Positions 1-10,394 of a stretch of DNA of 64,000 nucleotides are shown here, in pieces. Under the pieces are notes generated by a model that was given only the letters and a program-made list of their open reading frames with translations, did not search any database and was not told where the DNA came from. The first letter of the stretch is position 1; each line of letters begins with the position of its first letter. The DNA lies in NCBI GenBank assembly GCA_965261085.1, contig OZ253442.1, forward strand, positions 3,712,001-3,776,000, written 5' to 3'. Origin of the DNA: a bacterium. Lineage in GTDB: Bacteria; UBA8248. Both the position numbers and the translations under genes were made by a program.

Positions 1-1
1 G

Positions 2-2029
2 CATGACGGGAAGACGGCGTTCAAGCTCAGGATCGCGTTCAGCGAGGGCATCTCGATCGGCTTCCGGACGTTCCGCGACCAGTCGTTGTCGGTGTCCGGC
101 GGGAGCGTGACGAAGGCGAAGCGGGTGGACCGGCGCAAGGACCTGTGGGAGGCGACGGTCAAGCCGGGTTCGATTGGCGACGTGACGGTGACGCTCGAAG
201 GCGGGCGCGCCTGCGGTACGCCGGGGGCGGTGTGCACCGGCGACGGGCGGGCGCTGTCGGCGACGATATCGACGAGGGTTCTGGGTCCGCCGGGTCTCTC
301 GGTGGCGGATGCGGAGGTGGAGGAGGAACCGGACGCGGCGCTTGCGTTCGTGGTGAGGCTCGACCGGGCGCCTTCGGGGGCGGTGACGGTGGACTACGCG
401 ACGGCCGACGGGACGGCGAAGGCGGGCGCCGACTACACGGCGGTGAGCGGTACGCTGACCTTCGCGGCCGGCGATAGGGCGAAGACGGTATCGGTCGCTG
501 TGCTCGACGATGCGCACGACGAGGGGCGGGAGACGCTGACGCTCACGCTCTCGAACGCCTCGGGGGCGTATATCGCCGACGGTACGGCGACGGGGACGAT
601 CAAGAACACCGACCACATGCCCAAGGCGTGGCTGGCGCGCTTCGGGCGCACGGTCGCGGAGCAGGTGCTGGAAGCCGTGGGCGCGCGCATCGAGGGGAAC
701 TCTCCGGGTTCGACGCAGTTGACGCTCGGCGGCCACCAGGTGGTCCTGGGCGCTTCCTGGCCCGGGGCGGAGGGGACTCTCCTCGGGGATGCAAGCGTCC
801 TCGGGCCGGACTTGAGGGAGACGAAGGACCTTCTCCGGGTGGAGGCGGACGACTCCCCCGCGCAAGAGATATCGACGGCCGGGCTGCTGATGGCGAGTTC
901 GTTTCATATGGCCTCGGCAGGTGGCGGGAAGGAGGACGCGAACGGGCGCTGGTCGCTGTGGGCCCGGGGGTCGCGCGCGAGCTTCAGCGGCAAGGAGGAC
1001 GCGCTCACGCTCGAGGGGGACGTCTCGACGGGCCTCGTGGGCGCTGATTACGAGCGTGGCAGGGTCCTGGCGGGCGTGACGCTCGCCTACAGCACCGGGG
1101 AGGGTTCCTACACGGCCACCGGCGCGCGGGGCGAGGTGGAATCGACGCTCGCGAGCGCACACCCCTACCTGCGCTACACGGTGAGCGAGCGCCTCTCGGT
1201 CTGGGGCGTCCTGGGCCTGGGCGAGGGCGGGTTGACGCTCGAGGTGGAGAACACGGGGGGGATAGTGGAGCGCATGGAGACCGACATCTCCATGGGGATG
1301 GCGGCGTTCGGGGCCAGGGGCAAGCTCGCATCCGTTGCGGGCTACGACCTTGAGGTCAAGACCGACGTCCTCCTCGTGTGGACCGAGTCGGAAGCGGTGA
1401 CGAACCTCGTCTCGGCGGAGGCGCGCACGCAGCGCCTGCGCCTGGTGCTGGAGGGTTCGCGCGAGGTGAAGCTGGGTGGCGGCAGTGTCATCACGCCCTC
1501 CCTCGAGGTGGGCCTTCGTTTCGATGCGGGCGACGCGGAGACGGGAAGCGGCGTGGAACTGGGCGGCGGCCTCGGCTGGACGAATGCGAAGGGCCTCTCG
1601 GTGGAGGTGCGCGCAAGGGGCCTTCTCGCGCACGAGGAGCGCGATTATGAGGAATGGGGCGTGAGCGCCTCGCTCGCCCTCTCTCCCGGCGGGGACGGCC
1701 GGGGGCTCTCGATGCGGGTGGGTTCGGCCTGGGGCGCGGCCTCGGGCGGGACGGAGCGCCTCTGGTCGCAGCGCGCGGTGGCGGGGGGGGAGTTCGACCC
1801 CGACGCGCGATTAGAAGCCGAGGTGGGCTACGGACTGGACGCGATGCGCGGCCTGCTGACGCCCTATACGGGCGTGGCGCTCACCGGGAGCGGGGAGACC
1901 TGGCGCGCGGGAGCGCGCTGGAAGCTCGGTCCCGCCTTCGCCCTGAACCTCGAGGCCACGCTCGCCGAACCCGAAGGGGACGGTGAGCACGAAGCCGGAC
2001 TCGTCCTGAGGGGCTCGAAGCGCTGGTAG
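2..2029 (+). CDS. Autotransporter-like surface protein with Calx-beta domain and C-terminal beta-barrel (5' end outside window)
   Basis: Frame is open from base 2 (HDGKTAFKLRIAFSEG...). Calx-beta motif VTVDYATADGTAKAGADYTAVSGTLTF...VAVLDDAHDEGRETLTLTLSN; linker WLARFGRTVAEQVL; amphipathic beta strands; terminal W. Confidence 0.85.
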   Translation, partial: HDGKTAFKLRIAFSEGISIGFRTFRDQSLSVSGGSVTKAKRVDRRKDLWEATVKPGSIGDVTVTLEGGRACGTPGAVCTGDGRALSATISTRVLGPPGLSVADAEVEEEPDAALAFVVRLDRAPSGAVTVDYATADGTAKAGADYTAVSGTLTFAAGDRAKTVSVAVLDDAHDEGRETLTLTLSNASGAYIADGTATGTIKNTDHMPKAWLARFGRTVAEQVLEAVGARIEGNSPGSTQLTLGGHQVVLGASWPGAEGTLLGDASVLGPDLRETKDLLRVEADDSPAQEISTAGLLMASSFHMASAGGGKEDANGRWSLWARGSRASFSGKEDALTLEGDVSTGLVGADYERGRVLAGVTLAYSTGEGSYTATGARGEVESTLASAHPYLRYTVSERLSVWGVLGLGEGGLTLEVENTGGIVERMETDISMGMAAFGARGKLASVAGYDLEVKTDVLLVWTESEAVTNLVSAEARTQRLRLVLEGSREVKLGGGSVITPSLEVGLRFDAGDAETGSGVELGGGLGWTNAKGLSVEVRARGLLAHEERDYEEWGVSASLALSPGGDGRGLSMRVGSAWGAASGGTERLWSQRAVAGGEFDPDARLEAEVGYGLDAMRGLLTPYTGVALTGSGETWRAGARWKLGPAFALNLEATLAEPEGDGEHEAGLVLRGSKRW

Positions 2030-2158
2030 CGGTGGACGGGGCAATCCCGCGCGCGCCTCCTGGAATCTTGAACGTGAAGCGAAAGGATGCGGGCGAGGGC
2101 CCGCGGGACATCGGGGACCGAAACCGGGTCCCCTGGATTACCGGAAAGGAATATCACC

Positions 2159-2587
2159 ATGACGGACGACACCACACCGGGCCATAACGGGATCGACATG
2201 ATCATTGAACCCGTCGAACCGAGCCCCGGCACGGGAGATGACGACAACGAGATCGGCGAGCCTTTCTGGGTGGAGCATCGCACCGAAGAAGGCGTGAAGA
2301 CCACGCACCTGCGCATCGTGCGGGTGTGCGACGACTCGATGGAGCCTGAGTTGCGCGAGGGCGAATGGGTCGTGGTCGACCTCGAGAGCCGGCGCCCGGA
2401 GGCGGGAGGAAAGTTCCTGATCAGGCTCGGGGAGAGCCTGGTGGCCAGACGAGCCGAGGCGATGCCCGGCGATGGTGCGGAGGACGAACGCCTGAGGCTC
2501 ATCCCGGCCAACCCCGCCTACGCCCCCTGCTTCGCAGAAGACGTCGAGGTCCTCGGCGAGGTGGAGTGGGAGGTCAGGCGGCCGTGA
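2159..2587 (+). CDS. Stand-alone S24 (LexA/CI C-terminal-like) peptidase-fold protein
   Basis: IVRVCDDSMEPELREGEWVVVD and RLIPANPAY motifs; GGAAAGGA RBS before ATG 2159; no N-terminal HTH. Confidence 0.75.
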   Translation: MTDDTTPGHNGIDMIIEPVEPSPGTGDDDNEIGEPFWVEHRTEEGVKTTHLRIVRVCDDSMEPELREGEWVVVDLESRRPEAGGKFLIRLGESLVARRAEAMPGDGAEDERLRLIPANPAYAPCFAEDVEVLGEVEWEVRRP

Positions 2588-2724
2588 GGAACAGGCGCCT
2601 GACGCCCTGCGCCGGTAGAGGGAAGCGGCCCCTCCCGCGAAGCCGCAAGGCCATGAACGGATTGCCGGGGAACCGTCTGACGGCGGATGTCGTGGCGGAG
2701 TCCCCGATTGCCTGGATGACCCGG

Positions 2725-2812
2725 AAGAAAGACTCCCATGACGGACTGCATCATCAACGGCGGTGCGCTGCGATGGCGCCGAGGAGGAACGCCCGAGGCT
2801 CCGGCTCATCCC
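2725..2812 (+). pseudogene. Internally deleted relic of the S24 gene
   Basis: Re-uses the S24 start context (ccATGACGGAC) and the segment gatggcgccgaggaggaacgcccgagg...gctcatccc seen at about 2471-2505. Confidence 0.4.
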
Positions 2813-3284
2813 CACAGACCATTCTCCCTGCCGCGCAGAAGACGTCCATATCCGCAACAAGGTGTTGTGGGTGGTGCGGCGGGTGGTGCGGACGGGACGC
2901 CGGCGCCCTCCTCCCGGATAATGCTCCCTAGTTCGTGTCCGCCATCGGGTCCGTCAGCATGGTGGTGTGAGCGGCCGGAAGTGTTCCTCCTTACGGATCG
3001 CACATAAATGTCTTTCGCCCGCTTAGAGGCGGAGAAGCTTATTCATCGCTCGTGAAATTCTCCTACCCTGTTAATACTGTTGGGAAAGATTCATTCTCCT
3101 CGATCCCGTTAGGAATTCACCTTCTCCAGCATGTAACCAAACCGAAAGCGGATGAATTACAACTCGTGCGCATCTCGGCGGGTCTCTGTCGACCGTCCTG
3201 TAAAGTCCGGCCCGTAATAGCTTGATTGCGGTCATGCTTCGGCGCTCAGAAACATTCATCAGGGAACCACCGATTTGCGCCCGT

Positions 3285-3490
3285 GGTCCAGCCTGCGCGG
3301 CTAGCATGGTCGAGCGCAACAGATAATTTCCGCTTTCGCGCGAGGGCATTCCCTGCACTCTATGGCCTCCACATGTAGGGGCTCGATGAAGAGGCGGTTC
3401 GGGCTGATCTCGCGTTGTTGCGCCTCTTCATTGACGCGTTCCCACTGTTCGGGCGTGACGCGGATTTTCTTCTTTTCATATATGTTTATG
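3285..3490 (-). pseudogene. Frameshifted RHH/MobC-like gene, paralog of 22376-22675
   Basis: KKIRVTPEQWERVNEEAQQREISPNRL...EAIECRECPRAKAEI, continuing in another frame as YLLRSTMLAAQA; aligns with HIRVDEDHW...EWPRIEAEIHLLRSAMFTAQA. Confidence 0.65.
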
Positions 3491-3803
3491 CCATACCCCT
3501 CTATTCCGTCGTCGCGGGGAGCCCCCGTTTTTTTGTCGCATTGCTGCGCAGCCCACCGCATGTGTGGGCAGGAATGCAACATGCGTGCAGGTTATGCGCT
3601 ATCGAAAACAATTTTCAGGCGCGTTTTTTTACTTTATGTTCGTTTCGATGGGAACGCTGGACACCCACACCGACATGCCCCCCGGCGATCGCCTGCGCCG
3701 CAGCGTTGCGGCGCAGGCGAGAGAGGAAGAGGCCCGGGCCATCCGCGCCGGGGTAACGGAGGAGGACCCTTTCGCCGGGTTCGGCCTCGAAGGAGATGCG
3801 CCG

Positions 3804-4049
3804 ATGAACGAGAACGGCAGGAATTACCTGAGCACACGGGAGGCGGCCGCACGGCTGCGCCTCTCGCCGAGGACGCTGGAGCGCTACCGTGTGAGCGGCA
3901 AGGGGCCGGTTTTCCACCGGTTCGGGTTCCGGGTGCGCTACCTGCCCGCGGACCTGGAGGTCTGGGACTCGGCGCGGCGACGGGTCCCGGCGCCGGACCG
4001 CGGTGGGACCGGACGGAGGACGGATGGTCGAGGACTGAGACCGATTTAG
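3804..4049 (+). CDS. Excisionase/AlpA-like HTH DNA-binding protein
   Basis: YLSTREAAARLRLSPRTLERYRVSGKGPVFHRFGFRVRY; AAGGAG RBS; directly upstream of the coupling protein. Confidence 0.8.
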   Translation: MNENGRNYLSTREAAARLRLSPRTLERYRVSGKGPVFHRFGFRVRYLPADLEVWDSARRRVPAPDRGGTGRRTDGRGLRPI

Positions 4050-4224
4050 GGCGCGGAGGTCCCTTCTACGGGGACGGGCGTAGCGGCCCGTCCGGGTCGA
4101 AGCGGTCGCCGTCCTCATCAATGAACTCGTAGCGGCCGAAGGAGGACCAGTCCCCGTGACGGAATCCCCGCCACAGTGCGCACGGGCGCACCACTATCCA
4201 CACAATCCTGAACAGGAGGACCGG

Positions 4225-6318
4225 ATGACGTACGGAAACGCAACCTTAAGGGGAGGCCAGACCCTCTTGCACGACGTCCATATGTGGGGCCAGCTCGTCC
4301 GCTGGGGGATTTTAGGACTCCTCCTGACGATCGTTCTGGTCCCCGTCATCGGGGTCTGGCGCACCACGAGCGCCCATGAATGGCGGGTCGTAGGCCTGGG
4401 TGTCTTGGCCGAGGCCAAGCTCGGCCTGGGATATTCTCCAGATTCGCGCCAGGCCTACGAGTGGCGCGAAGGCGCGCGGACGAGCGAGCGGATCGCCCTC
4501 ATCGCGGCGGACCCCCGGATCGAGCGGATCAAAAGGCGCCTCTTGGGCGCCATCCATGCAAAGGCCTGGCTGGGCCTCTGGATCGGCTTGGGCGGCATTC
4601 TCCTCTGCGCGCTCGCCTTCTGGTTCCTGGGCCGGCGCCTGGCCCGCGCACAGAGGGTCCGGGGAGCGGAGATGACATCCGCCGGTGCGCTCAGACGGCG
4701 CGTACAGCCCGCCTCCGCCCGCCTGGCGGAAGCCCTCTTCCCGAGCGCTCGACGGGCGTCTTGCCGCATCGCAGGGATACCCTGGCCAAAGCGCGCCGAG
4801 ACCCAGCACACCATCGTCTCGGGCACCACCGGTTCGGGCAAGACCGTCCTGATCTCGGACCTGGTCGCGCAGATCCGCGCCCGGGGGGAGCGCTGCATCC
4901 TCTACGACAAGATGGGGAGCTATACGGGGGCATACTACGACCCCGCCCGCGACGTTCTGATGAACCCCCTGGACGCCCGGGCGCCGCGCTGGTCGCCTTT
5001 TTTCGAGGCGAGGACGCCCCGGGACTTCGACACGATGGCCGCCGCTCTTATCCCCCAGCAGAAGGACACGGTGGACCCCTTCTGGGTCACGGCCGCGAGG
5101 CAGCTGTTCTCAAACGGCGCGGGCGTCCTCTGGAAACAGGGCGTGACCGAGAACCGGGTGCTGGTCGATCACCTGCTCAAGACCGAACTCACCGCCCTGG
5201 CCCAGGCCATGGAGGGCACGGTGGCCCAGTCCATCGTGGATCCGGAGAACCCCAAGACCGCTCTCTCGGTGCGCGCCATGCTGACCGCGCATTTGAGCGC
5301 GCTCGAGTTCCTGCCCGACACGGGCGCACCCTTCTCGATAAGAGAGTGGGTGGAACGCGAAGACGAGTCGGGCTTCCTGTTCCTGACCTCACGCGGGGAC
5401 CAGCACGCGAGCTTGAGAGGTCTCATCTCCACCTGGCTCGAGATCGCGGTGAACGCGCTCCTCTCCCTCGGCCGGGACGACGCGCGCAGGGTCTGGGTGG
5501 TGCTCGACGAACTTCCCACCTTACACCAGGTGCCGAGCTTACAGCCCGGTCTCGCGGAATCGCGCCAGTTCGGCGGGTGCTTCGTGCTCGGGATCCAGGT
5601 GTTCTCCGCCCTGCGCGACCTCTACGGCCGAAACGGCGCCGAGACCGTGTCGGGGCTCTGCGGCACCCGGGTGGTGCTGGCGGCGCCCGACCAGGAGACG
5701 GCGCGCTGGTCGGCCGAGAGCTTGGGACGCGGCGAGGTCACGGAATACGCGCAGGGCTTGAGCTACGGCGCGAGTTCCATGCGGGACGGGGTCTCGCTCA
5801 CCCAGCGCCGCGAGATGCGCCCCCTGGCCCTGCCGTCGGAGATCATGCGCCTCGAGAATTTATGCGGCTACCTCAAGTTCCCCGGTCCCTGGCCCGTGGC
5901 CCGGATCAGTCTTCCCTACGTGAAAAGGCCCAAAGCCGCCGAGAGCTTCGTGCCGAGAGGCGACATACCGGCCCTCGAGGCGAAGGACACGGAGGCCGAG
6001 CCACAGGAAACCCCGGGAAACGCAGAGGTGGAGGCATCCGCACTGCCCGGAGCACCGCCCGGAGCACCGCCCGGAGGGCGTGACACGGCGACAAGGGCCC
6101 GGGAGATGCCTGAACCGGAACCCCAGGGAGAACCCGGGCCGGCCCCGGCCGAATGCCGCGCGGTGGAGGCGGAAGGCGCGGAAATACCCGAGGTCGAGGC
6201 GGCTGGTTCCGACGGCCGGGATTCCGCCATTTACGGACAGCGGGAAGACCCCGCGGTCGATCCGGATGGACCCGTAGACGGCGGCGCGGAGGCGCGCCGG
6301 CCGGTCGACTGGCTGTAA
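4225..6318 (+). CDS. traD: Type IV coupling protein, TraD/TrwB family
   Basis: Two N-terminal TM segments, Walker A GTTGSGKT, Walker B WVVLDELPTL, ESRQFGG, PSEIMRL, long acidic tail; AGGAGG RBS. Confidence 0.92.
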   Translation: MTYGNATLRGGQTLLHDVHMWGQLVRWGILGLLLTIVLVPVIGVWRTTSAHEWRVVGLGVLAEAKLGLGYSPDSRQAYEWREGARTSERIALIAADPRIERIKRRLLGAIHAKAWLGLWIGLGGILLCALAFWFLGRRLARAQRVRGAEMTSAGALRRRVQPASARLAEALFPSARRASCRIAGIPWPKRAETQHTIVSGTTGSGKTVLISDLVAQIRARGERCILYDKMGSYTGAYYDPARDVLMNPLDARAPRWSPFFEARTPRDFDTMAAALIPQQKDTVDPFWVTAARQLFSNGAGVLWKQGVTENRVLVDHLLKTELTALAQAMEGTVAQSIVDPENPKTALSVRAMLTAHLSALEFLPDTGAPFSIREWVEREDESGFLFLTSRGDQHASLRGLISTWLEIAVNALLSLGRDDARRVWVVLDELPTLHQVPSLQPGLAESRQFGGCFVLGIQVFSALRDLYGRNGAETVSGLCGTRVVLAAPDQETARWSAESLGRGEVTEYAQGLSYGASSMRDGVSLTQRREMRPLALPSEIMRLENLCGYLKFPGPWPVARISLPYVKRPKAAESFVPRGDIPALEAKDTEAEPQETPGNAEVEASALPGAPPGAPPGGRDTATRAREMPEPEPQGEPGPAPAECRAVEAEGAEIPEVEAAGSDGRDSAIYGQREDPAVDPDGPVDGGAEARRPVDWL

Positions 6319-9179
6319 TGGTCGTATCGATCGGCGCCGTCGCCGCTCCCGCGCAGGGCGCCTCCTACTACGAGCGGGACGGCTACTACGCGAAAGACGA
6401 CCCGGCGCACAGGGAGGCGAGCGCCTGGGCCGGAAAGGGTGCGGCGGACTTGGGGCTATCGGGTCCTGTCGACCCGGACGTCTTCAAGGCGGTGCTGGAA
6501 GGCAAAGTGCCGGGTGGACCGCAACTGGGCCGTCCCGGCAAGGACGGCGGCATCCACCACCGGCCCGGGCGCGACCTCACCTTCTCGGCCCCCAAGTCCG
6601 TCTCTCTGGCAGCGCTCGTGGGAGGCGATGCGCGCGTAACCCGGGCCCACGACCGCGCCGTCGGGCGCACCCTCGCCTGGGTCGAGAGGAACGCCGCCGA
6701 GACCCGCATGCGCGACCCCGGGACGGGCCGCATGGTCAGGACGGGCGAGCAGAAGACGGTGGCAGCTACCTTCCGGCACGACACCTCGCGCAACCTCGAC
6801 CCCCAGCTCCACACCCACGCGGTCCTCGCCAACATGGTAAAGGGCGCGGACGGCAAGTGGCGGACCATGGCCAACGAGGCGCTCTACCGCCGCCAGAAGC
6901 TCATCGGCATGGTCTACCGGAGCGAACTCGCGCGGGAGTTGGGCGGGCTCGGCTACCGCGCCGAGAAGACCCACGCCGACGGGCGGTTCGAGATCGCGGG
7001 CGTTTCCCGCTCTGTGATCGAGGCGTTCTCGACCCGGCGCGCGGAGATCGAGGCGGCGGTGGCCGAACGGGGTCTCGGGGAGACGGCGGGGAACCCGCGC
7101 CTGGCCGAACGCGCGGCGCTCATGACCCGGGTCCACAAACGCGACGTGGACAAGACGGCCCTCAGGAACGTCTGGGAGAAACAGGCCGACGGGCTGGGGT
7201 TCGACGCGCGGGCGCTCGCCGCCGAGGCGATGTCCAGGGCCGCCGGCCGGGAGAACGCTTCCGTGCGGGATGTCGACCCGTCGCGGCGGGAACCGGCAAC
7301 GAAGGAGCCGGCGGCCGAAGCGGTGGAATGGGCGGTGGCCCATCTCGCCGAGCGCGAGGCGGTGTTCGCCCGCGCCGATCTTCTCGCGGGGGCGCTCGCC
7401 TGGTCCCCCGGCGCGGTCACCGCCGATGCCGCCGAACGGGCCGTCGAGGACCTGCGCAAGGAAGGCCGGCTCCACGCCGCTCCCGCTCTCGAAGGCGGCG
7501 ACGGCATGACCACGGAGAAGGCGCTCGCCGACGAACGCGAGACCATTGCGCTCATGCGCGGTGGTGAGAACCGTGGCCGGGCGCCCATGCGGAGCTGGAT
7601 GGTGAGCGCGCATCTGCACAAGGGGCCGCTCACGGCGGGACAGAAGGACGCCGTCCGGCTCATCCTCTCGGAATATGACCGCGTCGTCGGCGTGCAGGGC
7701 TATGCCGGTACCGGCAAGACCACCATGCTGGACCGCGCCCGCGCCCTTCTGGAAAAACGCGGCTACGAGGTCAAGGGTCTCGCGCCCTCGGCCTCGGCCG
7801 CTCGGACCTTGGAAGCCGAGGCCGGGATAAAGAGCGAGACGCTGCAGCGCTTCCTCGCGAGAAACTCTGGGCTGGCCCAGGGCCGGCTGACCAGGAAGGG
7901 CGAGAAGGAGATGCGCGCGGCGTTCCGCAAGACCGTGCTCGTGGTGGACGAGGGTTCTCTCGCCTCCACGGTGCAGGCCCGCGACCTCCTCAGGGTCGCC
8001 AATACCTTGCGCCTTCCGCGCCTGGTGCTGGTCGGCGATGCGAAACAGTTGGACGCGGTGGACGCGGGCAAGCCCTTCGCGCAGTTGCAGTCGGCGGGCA
8101 TGAAGACGGCGACCATGGACGAGATCATGCGCCAGCGCGACCCGGACTTGAAAGCAGCCGTCGAGGCGAGCCTGTCAGGCGACGTGAAACGCGCCTTCGA
8201 GAAGCTCGGCTCCAACGTCGCCGAAGTCAAGCCGGACAACCTCGCGGGCGCGGCCGCCGCGCGCTGGCTCGCGCTCTCGCCGGAAGCGCGCGCCCAGGCG
8301 GGGCTGATGGCGCCGAGCCACAGGATCCGCGAAAAGATAAACGCCATCGTCCGCGAGCGGCTTATCCGCGACGGCGTCGTCCATGGCCCGGCCATGAAGT
8401 CCGAACGCCTCGTCTCGCGCGGCTACACCCGCGCCGAGAAGTCGCTCGCGGCGAACTACGCGCCCGGTGACGTGGTGGCCTTCCACCGCCCCTACAAGCG
8501 TCTCGACGTAGAGAAGGGCGACGAACTCCGCGTCGCCGGGGTCGATCACGAGACGCGCACGGTCAGGCTCGAAGGCAAAGAGGGGCGATCGGTACTCTGG
8601 GAGCCGGGACGGATCGCGGCGAGGAGCGGCGGGGTCGAGGTCTACCGGGTCGAGCAGATGGAGTTGCAACAGGGCGACCGGGTCCGCTGGACCCGCAACG
8701 ATAAGGACCTCGGCCTGGTGAACAGCCAGACCGCCGAGGTAGCGGCCGTGAAAGACGGTCGCGTGGGCTTCCGTCTCGAGGACGGGCGAAGGCTCGACAT
8801 GACCGCCGGCGACCCCCAACTGCGGCATATCGACCGCGCCTGGGCTTCCACGGTGCATGCCTTCCAGGGCCGGACCGTGGATACCGTCATCGCCGCGATG
8901 GAGGCCAACCACCCCAACCTCACCAACCAGAAGACGCTCTACGTGGAGATCAGCCGCGCCCGGGACCGGGCGGAACTCGTGACCGACGACGCCGGGGCGC
9001 TGCGCGAGAGGCTCGAGGCGGCCACGGGCGAGCGGGTCTCGGCGCTCGAGGGGACCGGGCAGGTCGCGCGGGAAGCGCCGGCGAAGGGTCCGGAAGTCGA
9101 TGCGAAAGCGGCCCGGGCCGCGGACCGCGAGGCCGGACCGGTGCGCGAGAAACCAGTCGAGCGGGATCTCGGTTTATGA
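6318..9179 (+). CDS. traI: MOBF relaxase-helicase (TrwC/TraI family)
   Basis: ATG overlaps traD stop (TAATG). SYYERDGYYA tyrosines, DLTFSAPKSVS, HDTSRNLDPQLHTH HUH motif, helicase GYAGTGKTT, VVDEGS, STVHAFQG. Confidence 0.95.
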   Translation: MVVSIGAVAAPAQGASYYERDGYYAKDDPAHREASAWAGKGAADLGLSGPVDPDVFKAVLEGKVPGGPQLGRPGKDGGIHHRPGRDLTFSAPKSVSLAALVGGDARVTRAHDRAVGRTLAWVERNAAETRMRDPGTGRMVRTGEQKTVAATFRHDTSRNLDPQLHTHAVLANMVKGADGKWRTMANEALYRRQKLIGMVYRSELARELGGLGYRAEKTHADGRFEIAGVSRSVIEAFSTRRAEIEAAVAERGLGETAGNPRLAERAALMTRVHKRDVDKTALRNVWEKQADGLGFDARALAAEAMSRAAGRENASVRDVDPSRREPATKEPAAEAVEWAVAHLAEREAVFARADLLAGALAWSPGAVTADAAERAVEDLRKEGRLHAAPALEGGDGMTTEKALADERETIALMRGGENRGRAPMRSWMVSAHLHKGPLTAGQKDAVRLILSEYDRVVGVQGYAGTGKTTMLDRARALLEKRGYEVKGLAPSASAARTLEAEAGIKSETLQRFLARNSGLAQGRLTRKGEKEMRAAFRKTVLVVDEGSLASTVQARDLLRVANTLRLPRLVLVGDAKQLDAVDAGKPFAQLQSAGMKTATMDEIMRQRDPDLKAAVEASLSGDVKRAFEKLGSNVAEVKPDNLAGAAAARWLALSPEARAQAGLMAPSHRIREKINAIVRERLIRDGVVHGPAMKSERLVSRGYTRAEKSLAANYAPGDVVAFHRPYKRLDVEKGDELRVAGVDHETRTVRLEGKEGRSVLWEPGRIAARSGGVEVYRVEQMELQQGDRVRWTRNDKDLGLVNSQTAEVAAVKDGRVGFRLEDGRRLDMTAGDPQLRHIDRAWASTVHAFQGRTVDTVIAAMEANHPNLTNQKTLYVEISRARDRAELVTDDAGALRERLEAATGERVSALEGTGQVAREAPAKGPEVDAKAARAADREAGPVREKPVERDLGL

Positions 9180-9867
9180 TTGTCTGCTCTGGTCAGGGGC
9201 AGGCAGGGGCGAGCAGACCGGGCGAAGCCGGATGACCACTTGGGCGAACGTCCCGGAAACTATGCGGTTCCAGGCGGAATCGGCGCCGCGCAGCCTTCTC
9301 GGCTTGATGCCTTGTCTCTCGAAGTTCACTCACGTTTTTTCACGTTTTTGGTTCACCCGCTTGCGCTTTTTCGTGCTCCGAGGCGCTTTACATCATAAAA
9401 TGAGTTTTGAACATTTGAATTGGACACGAGACAATGCGGCTTCCTGGAGAAATGGAATCTCGACAAAAACATCCTGACGGCCTCGGTGAATAGCCATTTG
9501 TGGCTGTTCATGGACAAATGAATCCGGTGATTTTCATGATATGCGCGATCATACGGAATCTCTGCGCCATGGAGCTGATGGACGGGAGGTTCGAGTCTTC
9601 AAGACCGGACGGATCGATTGGCGATAAGTCGAAGAGACCTTTCGCGCACCCTCGTTCCTTGCAAGCGCCTTCCACCCTGAACGGGTCTTCCCGTCTTTTC
9701 CGGGCCGGATAGCGGGAAGTTTTCGCCGCGCCGCCGGAAACGAGGTCGTTTGAAAGCGGCTCCGGCAGCCCGGAGACGCTGCCTCGATCATCCCCGCTTG
9801 CCCGAAACGGCCCCGAGTAGGGTGTCTGCGCACAGGCGCAGGCTCCTCCGGTGCGGGTGGACCGGGT

Positions 9868-10239
9868 TCATTCTGAAACGCCCTTCAGGATCGCGGCCTG
9901 CGATTCACGGGCGTCCTTCCCGATCCGATCGAGCTCTTCCCGGCGTCCTTCCCGGACCATTTCATCGCGTTTGAGCGTCGAAAGAAGGTAGACGCCGCGA
10001 TAGATGCGCTCGAACTGGGCTGCAATCCCGGGCGGGAACGCTGAAGAACTTGCGGTCAGCTTGCCCGTAGCGAAACCCGCCGCGGCATGGCGCACGAGCT
10101 CGGCGGCCGTCATTCCGCGCTCTGCGGCCTCCTGTTCGATGCACGCCCACTCGAAATCGGAAAACCGGATTGATCGCGGCGAGCGCGATTCGGCAGGTTT
10201 CTCGCCGGAATCGGCGGCGGCGGAATGGTTTTCGGTCAT
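9868..10239 (-). CDS. Ribbon-helix-helix (MobC/CopG-like) protein
   Basis: PRSIRFSDFEWACIEQEAAERGMTAAELVRHAA pattern; GGAG RBS before MTENH. Confidence 0.7.
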   Translation of the reverse strand: MTENHSAAADSGEKPAESRSPRSIRFSDFEWACIEQEAAERGMTAAELVRHAAAGFATGKLTASSSAFPPGIAAQFERIYRGVYLLSTLKRDEMVREGRREELDRIGKDARESQAAILKGVSE

Positions 10240-10335
10240 GGTATTGTCTCCAATAGCTCTAGTTTTTGGCCCGGACGTCGTCAGAGCCGATGCATTTACG
10301 GAACAACTCCGACCGCCCGGAGCGCCGATTCTCTT

Positions 10336-10394
10336 GTGTGCTCGTAGCATACATGCAGGAAATAGCCTATATCCACCGTATGCTGATAGCATAC
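10336..10394. promoter_or_regulatory. Two palindromic GT(A/G)TGCT-N3-AGCATAC boxes
   Basis: GTGTGCTCGTAGCATAC 10336-10352 and GTATGCTGATAGCATAC 10378-10394; the same box recurs at 22.9 kb and 54.3 kb, each time upstream of an RHH gene. Confidence 0.65.

Noticed and set aside
6046-6076. 12-bp tandem repeat CCCGGAGCACCG
   Set aside because: In-frame expansion in the disordered TraD tail; no sign of a separate function.
4380-6083. 567-aa alternative-frame ORF in traD (and similar long shadow ORFs over the relaxase, integrases and IS256)
   Set aside because: R/P/G/A-rich translations expected from high GC3; no motifs; overlap well-supported genes.
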